This document shows positions 16,872 through 26,713 of a DNA stretch of 32,000 nucleotides, piece after piece. The DNA is from Candidatus Saccharimonadota bacterium. Its GTDB lineage: Bacteria; Bacteroidota; Bacteroidia; Cytophagales; Amoebophilaceae. A program made the translations under genes and the position numbers. The stretch covers positions 900,001-932,000 of the forward strand of contig NZ_CP022339.1 in the NCBI RefSeq assembly GCF_003351905.1, written 5' to 3'. The first letter of the stretch is position 1. Every line of letters begins with the position of its first letter. The notes beneath the pieces are model-generated. The model saw only the letters and a list, made by a program, of their open reading frames with translations. It ran no database searches and was not told the origin of the DNA.

Positions 16872-17240
16872 ATGATACAACAGGAATCAATACTAAAAGT
16901 AGCCGATAATAGTGGTGCAAAGACTGCCCTTTGTATTCGTGTTTTAGGTGGAACACGTAGGCGATATGCTCATGTGGGTGATAAAATTGTAGTAACCGTA
17001 AAAACGGCTAACCCTTCTAGTACCCTTAAAAAGGGCACCATCTCTAAAGCTGTAGTGGTACGTACCCGAAAGGAAGTAAGGCGTAAAGATGGTTCTTATA
17101 TTCGCTTTGAAGACAATGCCATTGTTTTAATTGAAAATAATAATGAGCCAAAGGGAACGGGTGTTTTTGGGCCAGTTGCTAGGGAGGTTAGAGACAAGAA
17201 GTTTATGAAAATAGCTTCTTTAGCTGATGAAGTACTATAA
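16872..17240 (+). CDS. rplN: 50S ribosomal protein L14
   Basis: [17 protein letters not shown].. Confidence 0.97.
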   Translation: MIQQESILKVADNSGAKTALCIRVLGGTRRRYAHVGDKIVVTVKTANPSSTLKKGTISKAVVVRTRKEVRRKDGSYIRFEDNAIVLIENNNEPKGTGVFGPVAREVRDKKFMKIASLADEVL

Positions 17241-17243
17241 GGT

Positions 17244-17591
17244 ATGAAAACAACAATAAAAAAGCACCTCAAGGTGCACATTCGAAGAGGAGACCGTGTG
17301 AAAATTTTGGCAGGTAAACATAGAAATGAACAGGGCACTGTTTTAAAGGTATTCCCCAAAGTATATCGTGCCATTGTCGAAGGTATGAATATAGTAGCCA
17401 GACATGTAAAGCCTTCTGCTTCAAATCCTAAAGGGACCATCCAGAGGCAGCCATCTCCTATCCATATTAGTAATCTCATGTTAATTGACCCGGCCAGTGG
17501 GGAAGCTACTCGTGTGGGAAGAAAACATAATGAAGTTGGTAAGCTCCAGCGGTATGCTAAAAAAACAGGAAATTTTATAAAAAATGTGTAA
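17244..17591 (+). CDS. rplX: 50S ribosomal protein L24
   Basis: ..[25 protein letters not shown].. (KOW motif). Confidence 0.95.
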   Translation: MKTTIKKHLKVHIRRGDRVKILAGKHRNEQGTVLKVFPKVYRAIVEGMNIVARHVKPSASNPKGTIQRQPSPIHISNLMLIDPASGEATRVGRKHNEVGKLQRYAKKTGNFIKNV

Positions 17592-18138
17592 GCCTAGATT
17601 ACAAGAAAAGTATTTTGTAGAAGTTATTCCCGCGCTTAAAGCGCTATTTGGGTATCATTCTCCTATGCAGGTCCCTAGATTGCATAAGATATGTATCAAC
17701 CAAGGGTTGGGTGATGGCGTATCCAATAAAAAATTGATTCAGCTTGGATTAGAGGAGTTAACCGCTATTGCTGGACAGTGTGCTGTGCCTACGCGTGCAA
17801 AAAGGTCCGTATCTAATTTTAAGCTTAGAGTCGGTATGCCTATTGGTGTAAAAGTAACTTTGCGTGGGCGAATGATGTATGAGTTTTTGGATCGTTTTAT
17901 CTCTATTGCATTGCCCAGGATTAGAAATTTTTGGGGGTTGCGTACCACTGGATTTGATGGCAAGGGAAACTATAATGTGGGCATTCAAGAGCAAATCATA
18001 TTCCCAGAAATTAGCATTGATAAGGTGCTTAAGATCAATGGTATGAATGTAACTTTTGTGACAACTGCCCCAAACAACGAAGCTGCACTTCAGCTCTTGA
18101 AAGCTTTAGGGATGCCCTTTAATGTGGAGCAAGATTAA
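17584..18138 (+). CDS. rplE: 50S ribosomal protein L5
   Basis: [18 protein letters not shown]...; 8-nt overlap with rplX. Confidence 0.96.
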   Translation: MCKPRLQEKYFVEVIPALKALFGYHSPMQVPRLHKICINQGLGDGVSNKKLIQLGLEELTAIAGQCAVPTRAKRSVSNFKLRVGMPIGVKVTLRGRMMYEFLDRFISIALPRIRNFWGLRTTGFDGKGNYNVGIQEQIIFPEISIDKVLKINGMNVTFVTTAPNNEAALQLLKALGMPFNVEQD

Positions 18139-18149
18139 TTGAAAAGGTT

Positions 18150-18419
18150 ATGGCAAAAGAATCAGTTAAAGCAAGGGATAGGAAAAGAAGAGGTTTGGTA
18201 GCAAAATATGCTGCCAAGAGGGCTACTTTAAAGGCACAAGGTGACTATATGGCGCTCGATAAGCTGCCTAAGAATGCTTCTCCCGTACGGTTGCGCAACA
18301 GGTGCAATATAACTGGAAGAGGTCGTGGGTATATCAGAAAATTTGGCGTTTCCAGACTGGTATTTAGGCAATGGGCTTTAGAAGGGAAATTGCCAGGTAT
18401 TCGTAAAGCAAGTTGGTAA
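18150..18419 (+). CDS. rpsN: 30S ribosomal protein S14 (long, non-zinc form)
   Basis: [14 protein letters not shown]...[32 protein letters not shown]. Confidence 0.96.
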   Translation: MAKESVKARDRKRRGLVAKYAAKRATLKAQGDYMALDKLPKNASPVRLRNRCNITGRGRGYIRKFGVSRLVFRQWALEGKLPGIRKASW

Positions 18420-18430
18420 TCCTCTAGCTG

Positions 18431-18568
18431 TAATGGACCTTTTTCGAAGGCGGTTTGTGGTGCGCAATTTTTAGGAGCAGTGCAATAGAGCTCCGAACTA
18501 TATTGTATTTGAGGCATGTGAGTAGGTTTAAAATGGTCATTAGCAATCGAATTTCAAAAAGGTTTAAT
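18431..18568 (-). mobile_element. family-2 palindromic-ended element, copy 2 (rpsN-rpsH spacer), diverged
   Basis: Ends are ggacctttttcgaa / ttcaaaaaggttt. Collinear with copy 1: gtttgtgg/ctttgtag, gcaattttta/ggaatttata, agtgcaatag/agtgcaaag, aatggtcattagcaat/aatgaccagcagcag. Confidence 0.55.
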
Positions 18569-18607
18569 GTATACCTGTTTTTATTATTATGTTAATCTAT
18601 AACTACT

Positions 18608-19012
18608 ATGACTACAGATCCAATAGCTGATTATCTTACTAGGATCAGAAATGCTATTCATGCCAAACATAGCATTGTAGAAATTCCTGCTTCAAAAACA
18701 AAGACGAAGCTTACAGAGGTCTTACAAGAAAAAGGATATATTCGGGGCTATAAAGTAGTGTCTAGGCCCAATAGTGTCCAGCCTATTATTAAAATTGCCC
18801 TCAAGTATGATGTTTTTACCAAGCAATCTGCTATTGTAAAGTTGCAGCGTGTAAGCAAACCAGGCTTGCGTAAGTACGCCACTGTAGCTGCTATGCCCAG
18901 TGTCATTAATGGGTTGGGTATCGCCATATTGTCCACTTCTAAAGGGATTATGACGGATAAAGAGGCCCGAAAAACCCATGTGGGTGGTGAGGTGCTTTGT
19001 TATGTTTACTAA
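18608..19012 (+). CDS. rpsH: 30S ribosomal protein S8
   Basis: MTTDPIADYLTRIRNA.. Confidence 0.97.
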   Translation: MTTDPIADYLTRIRNAIHAKHSIVEIPASKTKTKLTEVLQEKGYIRGYKVVSRPNSVQPIIKIALKYDVFTKQSAIVKLQRVSKPGLRKYATVAAMPSVINGLGIAILSTSKGIMTDKEARKTHVGGEVLCYVY

Positions 19013-19023
19013 AGTTAGGAAAA

Positions 19024-19575
19024 ATGTCAAGAATAGGAAAGCAGCCCATTCATGTGCCATCAGGTGTGGTTGTATCCACAATAGATGGAGGGATTGTGGA
19101 AGTTAAAGGTGCGAAAGGCATCTTGCGTCAGCAACTTCATCCAGCCATTACGGTTGAAATTGCTGAAACACTCGTTAAAATTATACCCGTTGATCTTAAA
19201 AAATCTAAGGCACTTTATGGCCTTTATAGAGCTTTGATTCAAAATATGGTTGTAGGGGTCAGTGTTGGGTTTAAGTCTACCTTAGAGTTGGTAGGGGTTG
19301 GCTACAAAGCCAGTGTCCAAGGTAAATTGCTCGAGCTAAGCTTAGGTTATTCTCATGATATTGTTCTGGTTTTACCAGAAGAAGTAACGGCTACTGCTGA
19401 ACTCCCTAAAGGGAAAAGTCCATTGGTACACTTAGCATGCATGGATAAGCAACTACTTGGTCAAGTAGCTGCTAAAATTCGTTCTCTAAGGAAGGTGGAG
19501 CCTTATAAAGGGAAGGGCGTTAGATTCTTAGGTGAGCAGGTGCGACGTAAGGTTGGTAAGTCTACTAAAAAGTAG
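19024..19575 (+). CDS. rplF: 50S ribosomal protein L6
   Basis: MSRIGKQPIHVPSGV.. from ATG 19024. The track start at 18997 overlaps rpsH. Confidence 0.95.
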   Translation: MSRIGKQPIHVPSGVVVSTIDGGIVEVKGAKGILRQQLHPAITVEIAETLVKIIPVDLKKSKALYGLYRALIQNMVVGVSVGFKSTLELVGVGYKASVQGKLLELSLGYSHDIVLVLPEEVTATAELPKGKSPLVHLACMDKQLLGQVAAKIRSLRKVEPYKGKGVRFLGEQVRRKVGKSTKK

Positions 19576-19610
19576 CGCATATTTGAACGATTTAGTATCC
19601 AGTAGAAAAG

Positions 19611-19964
19611 ATGAAAATAAAGGATAAAAAGGTAGAAAGGAGACTTAAAGTTAGAAAAAGAATTAGAAAGCGTGTGCATGGAACACGTACGCAGCCGCGT
19701 CTCTCTCTTTTTAAGAGCAATACCTCTATGTATGCACAGCTGATTAATGATGATACAGGGGAAACGCTGCTCTCTTCTTCTTTATACAAGTTAAAGATTA
19801 GTAAAAATAATGTTGCTGGAGCCTTGGAGCTAGGCAAAGCAATTGCTGAGCAAGCAATCGCCAAGGGCATTACAGCCATTGTATTTGATCGTTCGGGGTA
19901 TATTTACCATGGCAAGGTCAAAGCTTTGGCAGAAGGTGCACGCGCACAAGGTCTTAAATTTTAG
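19611..19964 (+). CDS. rplR: 50S ribosomal protein L18
   Basis: ..[43 protein letters not shown].. Confidence 0.96.
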   Translation: MKIKDKKVERRLKVRKRIRKRVHGTRTQPRLSLFKSNTSMYAQLINDDTGETLLSSSLYKLKISKNNVAGALELGKAIAEQAIAKGITAIVFDRSGYIYHGKVKALAEGARAQGLKF

Positions 19965-19969
19965 TCAAT

Positions 19970-20485
19970 ATGATATTAGGTGGTAAAAAACTCAGGGCCA
20001 GTGACTATAATCTTGAAGAAAGGGTAGTTGCCATTAACCGTGTTACCAAGGTGGTGGAAGGAGGGCGGAGATTTAGTTCTTCTGCAGTGGTAGTAGTGGG
20101 AAATGGCGATGGTGTAGTAGGTTATGGGTTGGGTAAAGCAAAAGAGTTAACCGATGCGATTGCAAAGGGAGTAGAGGAAGCCAAGCGCAATCTTATTAAA
20201 GTCCCTATTTTACGCGATACCATTCCGCATGGTGCAGTTGGTAAATATGGTGGTGGCCATGTGTTGCTTAAGCCAGCAGCCTCTGGTACCGGTGTAATTG
20301 CCGGTGGCGGTGTGCGCATCGTTTTGGAAAGTGTGGGTATTAAGAATGTTTTGTCTAAGTCTCAAGGTTCTTCTAATCCGCATAATGTGGTCAAGGCGAC
20401 TTTTAAGGCCCTATTGCAGTTGCGTGATCCTTTGACCATTGCCAAGCAGCGTGGCATCTCTTTAGATCAAGTCTTTAATGGATAA
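19970..20485 (+). CDS. rpsE: 30S ribosomal protein S5
   Basis: ..[41 protein letters not shown].. Confidence 0.97.
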   Translation: MILGGKKLRASDYNLEERVVAINRVTKVVEGGRRFSSSAVVVVGNGDGVVGYGLGKAKELTDAIAKGVEEAKRNLIKVPILRDTIPHGAVGKYGGGHVLLKPAASGTGVIAGGGVRIVLESVGIKNVLSKSQGSSNPHNVVKATFKALLQLRDPLTIAKQRGISLDQVFNG

Positions 20486-20492
20486 GGTTGTT

Positions 20493-20672
20493 ATGGAAAA
20501 AATTAAAATTACTCAGGTACGTAGTTTAATCAAACGGCCTAAATCCCAAAAGGCTACCATCAAGGCACTTGGATTGGGTCGCATCAATAAACGTGTTGTG
20601 GTTGAAGCTACGCCTCAAATTTGGGGTATGGTAAGCAAAGTCAACCATTTAGTAGTTACAGAAAAGATATAA
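20493..20672 (+). CDS. rpmD: 50S ribosomal protein L30
   Basis: MEKIKITQVRSLIKRPKSQKATIKALGLGRI.. (59 aa from ATG 20493; the track start at 20478 overlaps rpsE). Confidence 0.92.
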   Translation: MEKIKITQVRSLIKRPKSQKATIKALGLGRINKRVVVEATPQIWGMVSKVNHLVVTEKI

Positions 20673-20678
20673 TGGCTT

Positions 20679-21137
20679 ATGGAATTACATACACTTAAAC
20701 CAGCCATCGGTGCTTTACATCGTAAAAAACGCATCGGTAGAGGGCAAGGTTCTGGTAAAGGAGGCACCGCTACCCGTGGGCATAATGGTGCGCAATCTAG
20801 ATCTGGTTATAAGAGAAAAGTTGGTTTTGAAGGCGGTCAGCAACCCTTGCAAAGGCGTATTCCTATGTATGGGTTTAAATGTCCTAGTCGCATTGAGTTT
20901 ACCCCTTTGAATCTTTCTACTTTGCAAGCATTGGCCGATAAGTACCAGGTTACTTGTATAGATCCTATTTTCTTGCGCAAGCATAACATAATCGGAAAAC
21001 GTGAAAGGTATAAAATATTAGGAGATGGGCAGTTGACCCTTAAGCTTGCGGTTGCTGCGCATCGTTGTTCAGCTGCTGCTTTACAAGCTATTCAAAACCT
21101 TGGCGGAGCAGTTACTATATTACCTATATATGAATAA
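20679..21137 (+). CDS. rplO: 50S ribosomal protein L15
   Basis: MELHTLKPAIGALHRKKRIGRGQGSGKGGTATRGHNG.. Confidence 0.96.
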   Translation: MELHTLKPAIGALHRKKRIGRGQGSGKGGTATRGHNGAQSRSGYKRKVGFEGGQQPLQRRIPMYGFKCPSRIEFTPLNLSTLQALADKYQVTCIDPIFLRKHNIIGKRERYKILGDGQLTLKLAVAAHRCSAAALQAIQNLGGAVTILPIYE

Positions 21138-22422
21138 GTTATTTAAGGTTATTAAGGATATATTTTTGATCAAAGAACTTAGCCTTCGTATAAGGAATAC
21201 CTTGTTCTTTTTGATCCTTTTCCGTATAGGTAGTATCATTGCTTTACCAGGTATAGATGTAGCGCAAATTTCTGGTAGTGCCAAGCGGGTATTTGGTTTG
21301 CTCGATAGTTTTTTAGGCGGTTCATTGAGTCAGGTTTCTGTTTTTTCAGTGGGCGTTACGCCTTATATTTCCGCTTCTATTATCATGCAGCTTTTGTCCA
21401 TTGCTTGGCCAAAAATTCAAAAGATACAACGTGAAGGCGAAATGGGTAAGCGTAAAATTGCGCAAATTTCTCGCATACTTACCGTTGTTATTGCTATCTT
21501 TCAGTCTTTTCAATATTTATTCATGGCCACAGGAAGTGGCAATGTCTCTATAGGGCGTACGCTGTTTATTTTTATTTCTATTATTATTTTGACTGCAGGC
21601 GCCCTATTTTGTATGTGGTTAGGAGAAAAAATTACAGATAAGGGCATTGGCAATGGGGTTACCATGTTAATGATGGTAGGTATTGTTTCTTCTTTACCCT
21701 CTGCTTTATACCAGGAAGCCGTCCACCGTGGTAGTAGGTCTATGTTTTTATTTGTATTTGAATTGCTCGTATTGTTTTTAATTGTGCTTACGTTAGTTGC
21801 TTTTACGCAAGCTACACGCAGGGTCCCTATTCAGTATGCAAAGCAATTGAGTACCAGTACAATATATGGGGGGCAGCGTCAATATATACCCTTTAAACTC
21901 AATAGTGCGGGTGTCATGCCCATTATATTTGCCAACCTTTTAATTTTTGCCTTTTCATTTTTGTTAGGCTTTTGGAAGGATAAATGCGTTTGGCTGGCCC
22001 AAATCAGTGGCATGTTGCAAGATTTTACCAGTTGGCTATTTAACCTTTTGTTTGCCTTTTTTATTATTGTTTTTACTTTTTTTTATACCGCTATTACCGT
22101 TAATCCTGTTCAAATAGCAGAAGATATGAAGCGGGCGGGTAGTTTTATTCCTGGTGTGACCTCTGGCAATGCCACTGCCCGTTTTTTAGATGGTGTGTTG
22201 GATAGAATTACCTTGCCAGGTGCTATTTTCTTGGCCGTTATTGCTATTTTACCTGCTTTTGCCTCTATGGCTGGTTTAAGTTTACCTTTTTCTAGATTCT
22301 ACGGGGGAACTTCTTTGTTAATTATGGTTAGTTCCATGTTAGAAACCTTTCAACAAATTGAAAGCTACTTGTTGATGCGTCGATATGAAGTCATTATTAA
22401 CAAAGGGGCAAGGCTGAATTGA
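21130..22422 (+). CDS. secY: preprotein translocase subunit SecY
   Basis: MNKLFKVIKDIFLIKELSLRIRNTLFFL..GVTPYISASIIMQLL..; 430 aa, polytopic. ATG 21130 chosen; the track ORF from 21046 lies inside rplO. Confidence 0.95.
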   Translation: MNKLFKVIKDIFLIKELSLRIRNTLFFLILFRIGSIIALPGIDVAQISGSAKRVFGLLDSFLGGSLSQVSVFSVGVTPYISASIIMQLLSIAWPKIQKIQREGEMGKRKIAQISRILTVVIAIFQSFQYLFMATGSGNVSIGRTLFIFISIIILTAGALFCMWLGEKITDKGIGNGVTMLMMVGIVSSLPSALYQEAVHRGSRSMFLFVFELLVLFLIVLTLVAFTQATRRVPIQYAKQLSTSTIYGGQRQYIPFKLNSAGVMPIIFANLLIFAFSFLLGFWKDKCVWLAQISGMLQDFTSWLFNLLFAFFIIVFTFFYTAITVNPVQIAEDMKRAGSFIPGVTSGNATARFLDGVLDRITLPGAIFLAVIAILPAFASMAGLSLPFSRFYGGTSLLIMVSSMLETFQQIESYLLMRRYEVIINKGARLN

Positions 22423-22574
22423 TTTTTTAATAGTCTTTTGAAAATGGGCTACTGGTATTCGTAATAAATTTAGTATATTAGCCCCGGGTGACCTTTTGTG
22501 TATGATAGGGAGGATTTGGTCAGCGTAAGGGGGGATGAGAGAACCAAGATAAGATAAAGTAGGATTAAAACAAT

Positions 22575-22802
22575 ATGGCTAAGATACCTCCTATTGAACA
22601 AGGTGGAATAGTACAAGAGGCATTACCAAATGCGGTATTCAAAGTTGCGCTTAAAAATGGCCATATCGTTAGGGCTCATATTTCTGGGAAGATGCGTAAA
22701 AACTATATTAGGATTCTTCCTGGCGATTCCGTTAGGATGGAGCTAACGCCTTATGATTTAACGCAAGCTAGGATAGTGCACAGATACAAAACAACCGAAT
22801 AG
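22575..22802 (+). CDS. infA: translation initiation factor IF-1
   Basis: ..[62 protein letters not shown]. Confidence 0.96.
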   Translation: MAKIPPIEQGGIVQEALPNAVFKVALKNGHIVRAHISGKMRKNYIRILPGDSVRMELTPYDLTQARIVHRYKTTE

Positions 22803-22813
22803 TTGCCTTAATT

Positions 22814-22930
22814 ATGAAAGTTAAAACATCTGTTAGAAAAAGAAGCGCTGATTGCAAGATTGTACGTCGCAAGGGTCTATTATATGTGATCAATAAAAAG
22901 CAGCCTAAATTTAAACAAAGACAAGGATAG
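22814..22930 (+). CDS. rpmJ: 50S ribosomal protein L36
   Basis: Not in the ORF track (38 aa): [38 protein letters not shown]. Sits between infA and rpsM as expected. Confidence 0.93.
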   Translation: MKVKTSVRKRSADCKIVRRKGLLYVINKKQPKFKQRQG

Positions 22931-22933
22931 AAT

Positions 22934-23311
22934 ATGGCTAGGGTATTAGGTGTAGACATTCCAGATAATAAGCGAGGAGAGATTGCGCTAACATATATAT
23001 ATGGGATTGGCAGAAGTTCTGCAAATAAAATTCTTGAAGCCGTTCAAATGGATAAAGATCGGCGTGTAGCTACTTGGACGGATGATGAATTAAAAACCAT
23101 CAGGACTGCCATTCGTGGTGTCTATAAAATAGAAGGAGACTTAAAATCAGAAATTCGATTGAATATTAAGCGATTGGTTGAGATTAAGTGTTATAGAGGC
23201 AATAGGCATCAGATGGGGTTACCGGTTCGTGGTCAGCGGACCAAAACCAATGCTAGAACGCGTAAAGGAAAGCCTAAGACTATTGCAAATAAAAAGAAGG
23301 CTACCAAATAA
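22934..23311 (+). CDS. rpsM: 30S ribosomal protein S13
   Basis: [26 protein letters not shown].. Confidence 0.97.
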   Translation: MARVLGVDIPDNKRGEIALTYIYGIGRSSANKILEAVQMDKDRRVATWTDDELKTIRTAIRGVYKIEGDLKSEIRLNIKRLVEIKCYRGNRHQMGLPVRGQRTKTNARTRKGKPKTIANKKKATK

Positions 23312-23374
23312 AGATTGCCTCTTATTGGTGTATGCTTTTCCTTGTTTGGTAAAGAGCGTCTATAGAAAATTACT

Positions 23375-23767
23375 ATGAAAAATACGGGAAAAAATAAAGT
23401 TAAAAAAAGGGTTGTAAAGGTTGGTAAGGAGGGGCAGGCCCATATTCAAGCTACTTTTAATAACCTTATTATTTCGATTACCAATGAGGCTGGTCAGGTC
23501 ATTGCTTGGTCTTCTTCTGGTAAGATGGGCTTTAAGGGGTCTAAGAAAAACACACCATATGCTGCTCAAATGGCATCAGCCGACTGTGCAAAAGCTGCTT
23601 ATGAACTGGGTTTACGACGGGTGAATGTATTTGTACAGGGTCCAGGCATTGGGCGCGAGTCAGCCATTCGCACCCTTCAAGAGCATTCTGTAGAGGTAAT
23701 GTCTATTAGAGATGTTACGCCTCTTCCGCACAATGGTTGTCGGCCACCTAAGCGTAGGCGCCCATAA
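23375..23767 (+). CDS. rpsK: 30S ribosomal protein S11
   Basis: ..[44 protein letters not shown].. Confidence 0.97.
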   Translation: MKNTGKNKVKKRVVKVGKEGQAHIQATFNNLIISITNEAGQVIAWSSSGKMGFKGSKKNTPYAAQMASADCAKAAYELGLRRVNVFVQGPGIGRESAIRTLQEHSVEVMSIRDVTPLPHNGCRPPKRRRP

Positions 23768-23811
23768 TATAGACACAACTTACTAATTTATATTAGAAAA
23801 AAATATAGCGT

Positions 23812-24420
23812 ATGGCAAGATATCGTGGTCCAAAAGCCAAAGTTGCAAGAAGATACAATAGTCCGATATTTGGTTCCTCTGTAAGTAAGGTATTACAAAG
23901 AAAAAATTATCCGCCGGGGCAGCATGGTAAAAGGCGTAAAAGGCGTTCTCAGTTTGGGCTTCAATTGGTAGAGCAGCAAAAAGCGAAATATACCTATGGC
24001 CTATTGCAGCGTCAGTTTAAGAACCTTTGTGAAAAAGCTACTAAAAGTAAAGGCATTACAGGTGAAGTAATCCTGCAGCGTTTAGAGGCTCGTTTAGACA
24101 ATACCGTTTATAGGCTGGGTATTGCTGCTACGCGCAGGGAGGCTAGGCAGATGGTATCCCATGGGCACATTACTGTGAATGGCTCCCTAGTGGATATTCC
24201 TTCCTATACCTTAAAGCCTGGAGAAATTATAGGTATTGCTAAGAAGGCGGAAAAAATGGCTTTGATTGTGCATAATGTAGCAGCGCATCCATCTAGTAAA
24301 TATAGTTGGTTGGAATGGGATGCATCATTGATGGTAGGCAAGTTTCTTGCTTTTCCGCAGCGTTCTGAAATACCAGAAGAAATTAATGAGCGAAGCATTG
24401 TCGAGCTCCATTCTAAATAG
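23812..24420 (+). CDS. rpsD: 30S ribosomal protein S4
   Basis: MARYRGPKAKVARR...LEARLDNTVYRLG.. Confidence 0.97.
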   Translation: MARYRGPKAKVARRYNSPIFGSSVSKVLQRKNYPPGQHGKRRKRRSQFGLQLVEQQKAKYTYGLLQRQFKNLCEKATKSKGITGEVILQRLEARLDNTVYRLGIAATRREARQMVSHGHITVNGSLVDIPSYTLKPGEIIGIAKKAEKMALIVHNVAAHPSSKYSWLEWDASLMVGKFLAFPQRSEIPEEINERSIVELHSK

Positions 24421-24461
24421 TGCTTCTATTGTTGCTTTTTTAAATCAAATAAAGATTCTAT

Positions 24462-25445
24462 ATGTCGTCATTAGCATTTCAAATGCCCGATAGGATATTT
24501 GTGGAGAAAGTGGATCCCTTGTATGGCATTTTTAGTTTTCGTCCCCTTGAAAAAGGATATGGTACTACTATTGGTAATACACTGAGGCGAGTATTGTTAT
24601 CTTCTCTAGAAGGGTATGCTATTGTTTCCATTAAAATTCCTGGTGTCCATCATGAGTTTTCTACTATTGAAGGCGTACAAGAAGATCTGGTAGAGATTAT
24701 TTTAAATCTCAAGCAGGTGCGTTTAAAGAAAATTGCAGAAGGCGGTGATTCGATCATTTCGGTTCGGGTGAATAAATCTGAATTTCGTGCAGGTGATATT
24801 GCCAAAGCTACTCCTTTTTTCGAAGTTTTAAATCCAGATCTACTGATTTGCAGGCTTGATGCATCTGCCAGTTTTGATATAGAGCTGCGTATAGTCAAGC
24901 ATAGGGGCTATCTTTCAGCTGAGGAGAATAAATCCAAAGAGCCAGTCTTAGATCTTATTCCTATTGACGCCATCTTTTCTCCTATTGTAAGTGTACAATA
25001 TCGTGTGGAGAATATGCGTGTCGGGCAGCGTACAGATTATGAACAATTGACCTTTGAAATAAGAACAGATGGTTCCATTAGTCCGGAGGAGAGTATTCGG
25101 CAAGCGGCTAAGTTAATGATTCAGCATCTTAATTTGTTATCTGGTAAGGAAATTGTTGTGCAATCTCCGGAAGATGAAACGGTTCAGATGTTAGATGAGG
25201 AAACAGTAGCCATGCAAAGGAATCTCAAAACCCATATTAGTGAGTTGAAGTGTTCTTCTCGTGTGTTAAATTGTCTTAAATCAGCAGGCATTGAGACTTT
25301 AGAAGATCTTGTAACGGTAAAAGATTTTGATACCATGAAGTTTAGAAATTTTGGTCGTAAGTCACGTGATGAGATCGATCAACTTTTGGCAGAAAAGAAT
25401 CTGAAAATTGGTATGGATCTCTCTAGGTATAAGTTGGAAGGGTAG
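24462..25445 (+). CDS. rpoA: DNA-directed RNA polymerase subunit alpha
   Basis: ..GYGTTIGNTLRRVLLSSLEGYAI.. and C-terminal domain ..LKCSSRVLNCLKSAGIETLEDL.. Confidence 0.97.
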   Translation: MSSLAFQMPDRIFVEKVDPLYGIFSFRPLEKGYGTTIGNTLRRVLLSSLEGYAIVSIKIPGVHHEFSTIEGVQEDLVEIILNLKQVRLKKIAEGGDSIISVRVNKSEFRAGDIAKATPFFEVLNPDLLICRLDASASFDIELRIVKHRGYLSAEENKSKEPVLDLIPIDAIFSPIVSVQYRVENMRVGQRTDYEQLTFEIRTDGSISPEESIRQAAKLMIQHLNLLSGKEIVVQSPEDETVQMLDEETVAMQRNLKTHISELKCSSRVLNCLKSAGIETLEDLVTVKDFDTMKFRNFGRKSRDEIDQLLAEKNLKIGMDLSRYKLEG

Positions 25446-25590
25446 TAGACTTTCTGCGGGATACGCCTTCTGCTGGTAATTTGCTCGTTGATCCGGTGCT
25501 TAAGTCCTCACGTACATCTAGTACGATCCGGTTTTGCGTGCTGTGTCCCCTACAAATTTCTCAGCATAAGCGCGTTTTACAGAAAGTCTA
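25446..25590 (+). mobile_element. family-2 palindromic-ended element, copy 3 (rpoA-rplQ spacer)
   Basis: Perfect 11-bp terminal inverted repeat tagactttctg (25446-25456) / cagaaagtcta (25580-25590). Starts immediately after the rpoA stop. Homologous to the reverse complement of 15718-15864. Confidence 0.72.
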
Positions 25591-25645
25591 ATTTTTATTT
25601 AAAACTGGGTCGTACAGTAGCTATTAGACTTCTTATTATAAACCA

Positions 25646-26131
25646 ATGAGACATAGAAATAAAATTAATCGGTTGGGTAGGCCTGCAGGCCATAGGAAAG
25701 CATTGCTTATGAATTTAGCTAAGTCGCTCATTATGCATAAGCGTATCGTTACCACTGCAGCAAAAGGAAAGGTATTGCGTTCATTTATTGAACCCATTCT
25801 TACCAGAGCCAAGCAGGATACTATGCATTCTAGAAGAATAGTTTTTTCTCACTTTCAAGATAAAGAGCCTGTAAAAGAGCTCTTTAATCATATTGCTGAA
25901 AAAATTCAGCAACGTTTCGGTGGTTATACCCGTATCATTAAGTTGGCCAATCGTGCGGGAGACAATGCGGCTATGTGCATGATTGAATTAGTGGACTACA
26001 ATGCTATCTATATAAAAGAAGCTAAAGTGGTTAAAACCGTGCGACGAAGGAGAAGAAAGGGCAGTACGGCTATGGTGCAAGAAAGTGCGGCTGTCGTACA
26101 AGAAGTAGTGACTGAGGCCGCTAAAGAATAG
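25646..26131 (+). CDS. rplQ: 50S ribosomal protein L17
   Basis: MRHRNKINRLGRPAGHRKALLMNLAKSLI.. Confidence 0.96.
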   Translation: MRHRNKINRLGRPAGHRKALLMNLAKSLIMHKRIVTTAAKGKVLRSFIEPILTRAKQDTMHSRRIVFSHFQDKEPVKELFNHIAEKIQQRFGGYTRIIKLANRAGDNAAMCMIELVDYNAIYIKEAKVVKTVRRRRRKGSTAMVQESAAVVQEVVTEAAKE

Positions 26132-26713
26132 TCCTTTATCTATCTTGCTTTTTTGTGCGCTGCGTCTTAAGCATCCGTGCGTTTTACGAGCAGCTTCATT
26201 TTTAACCTATCTATTGTGTAGTAGGTTTTTTTAGGCGACCTGCTTTTTGGAAATATTTGCAGGGGCGCATAGAATCGGAATCTGCTCAATCTATTTGAGG
26301 CCTTGTGTTCCGGATCGAGATCCCTTCTCAGATCAAGATCCTTCAAGTCAGTGTCCAAATGACCGATAGTGTTTCCAAAGTAGTTTAGTAGATCAGTAAA
26401 AAATCTGTTGTAAAGCCTGGACAGCAGACTAGGCGTATCTTTTTCCCGCTATGATCTATCCATGCATCGTTATGGCTATGCTGTCAAAGCACCCCCTTGT
26501 AGAAAATTGTGATCAAAAATCGTAGCGCGGCAGATCAAAGAAAAAACAGTTGCATAGTAAAAAAATAGGTTGCATTTTCTACCCTTCTGAGTGATTTGCT
26601 GCCCGCTACCTCTATGCGTACCATTTTATGGCTATTATAAAGGCGCGATTGTATTTGTGTAGTTCTTTTGCTAAAGTTGCAATATTTATGCTATCAATCA
26701 AACATGATCTATT

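Noticed and set aside
26167-26358. 63-aa minus-strand ORF downstream of rplQ.
   Set aside because: It has a non-ATG start, low-complexity content, and lies in a region resembling degenerate family-2 repeat sequence.
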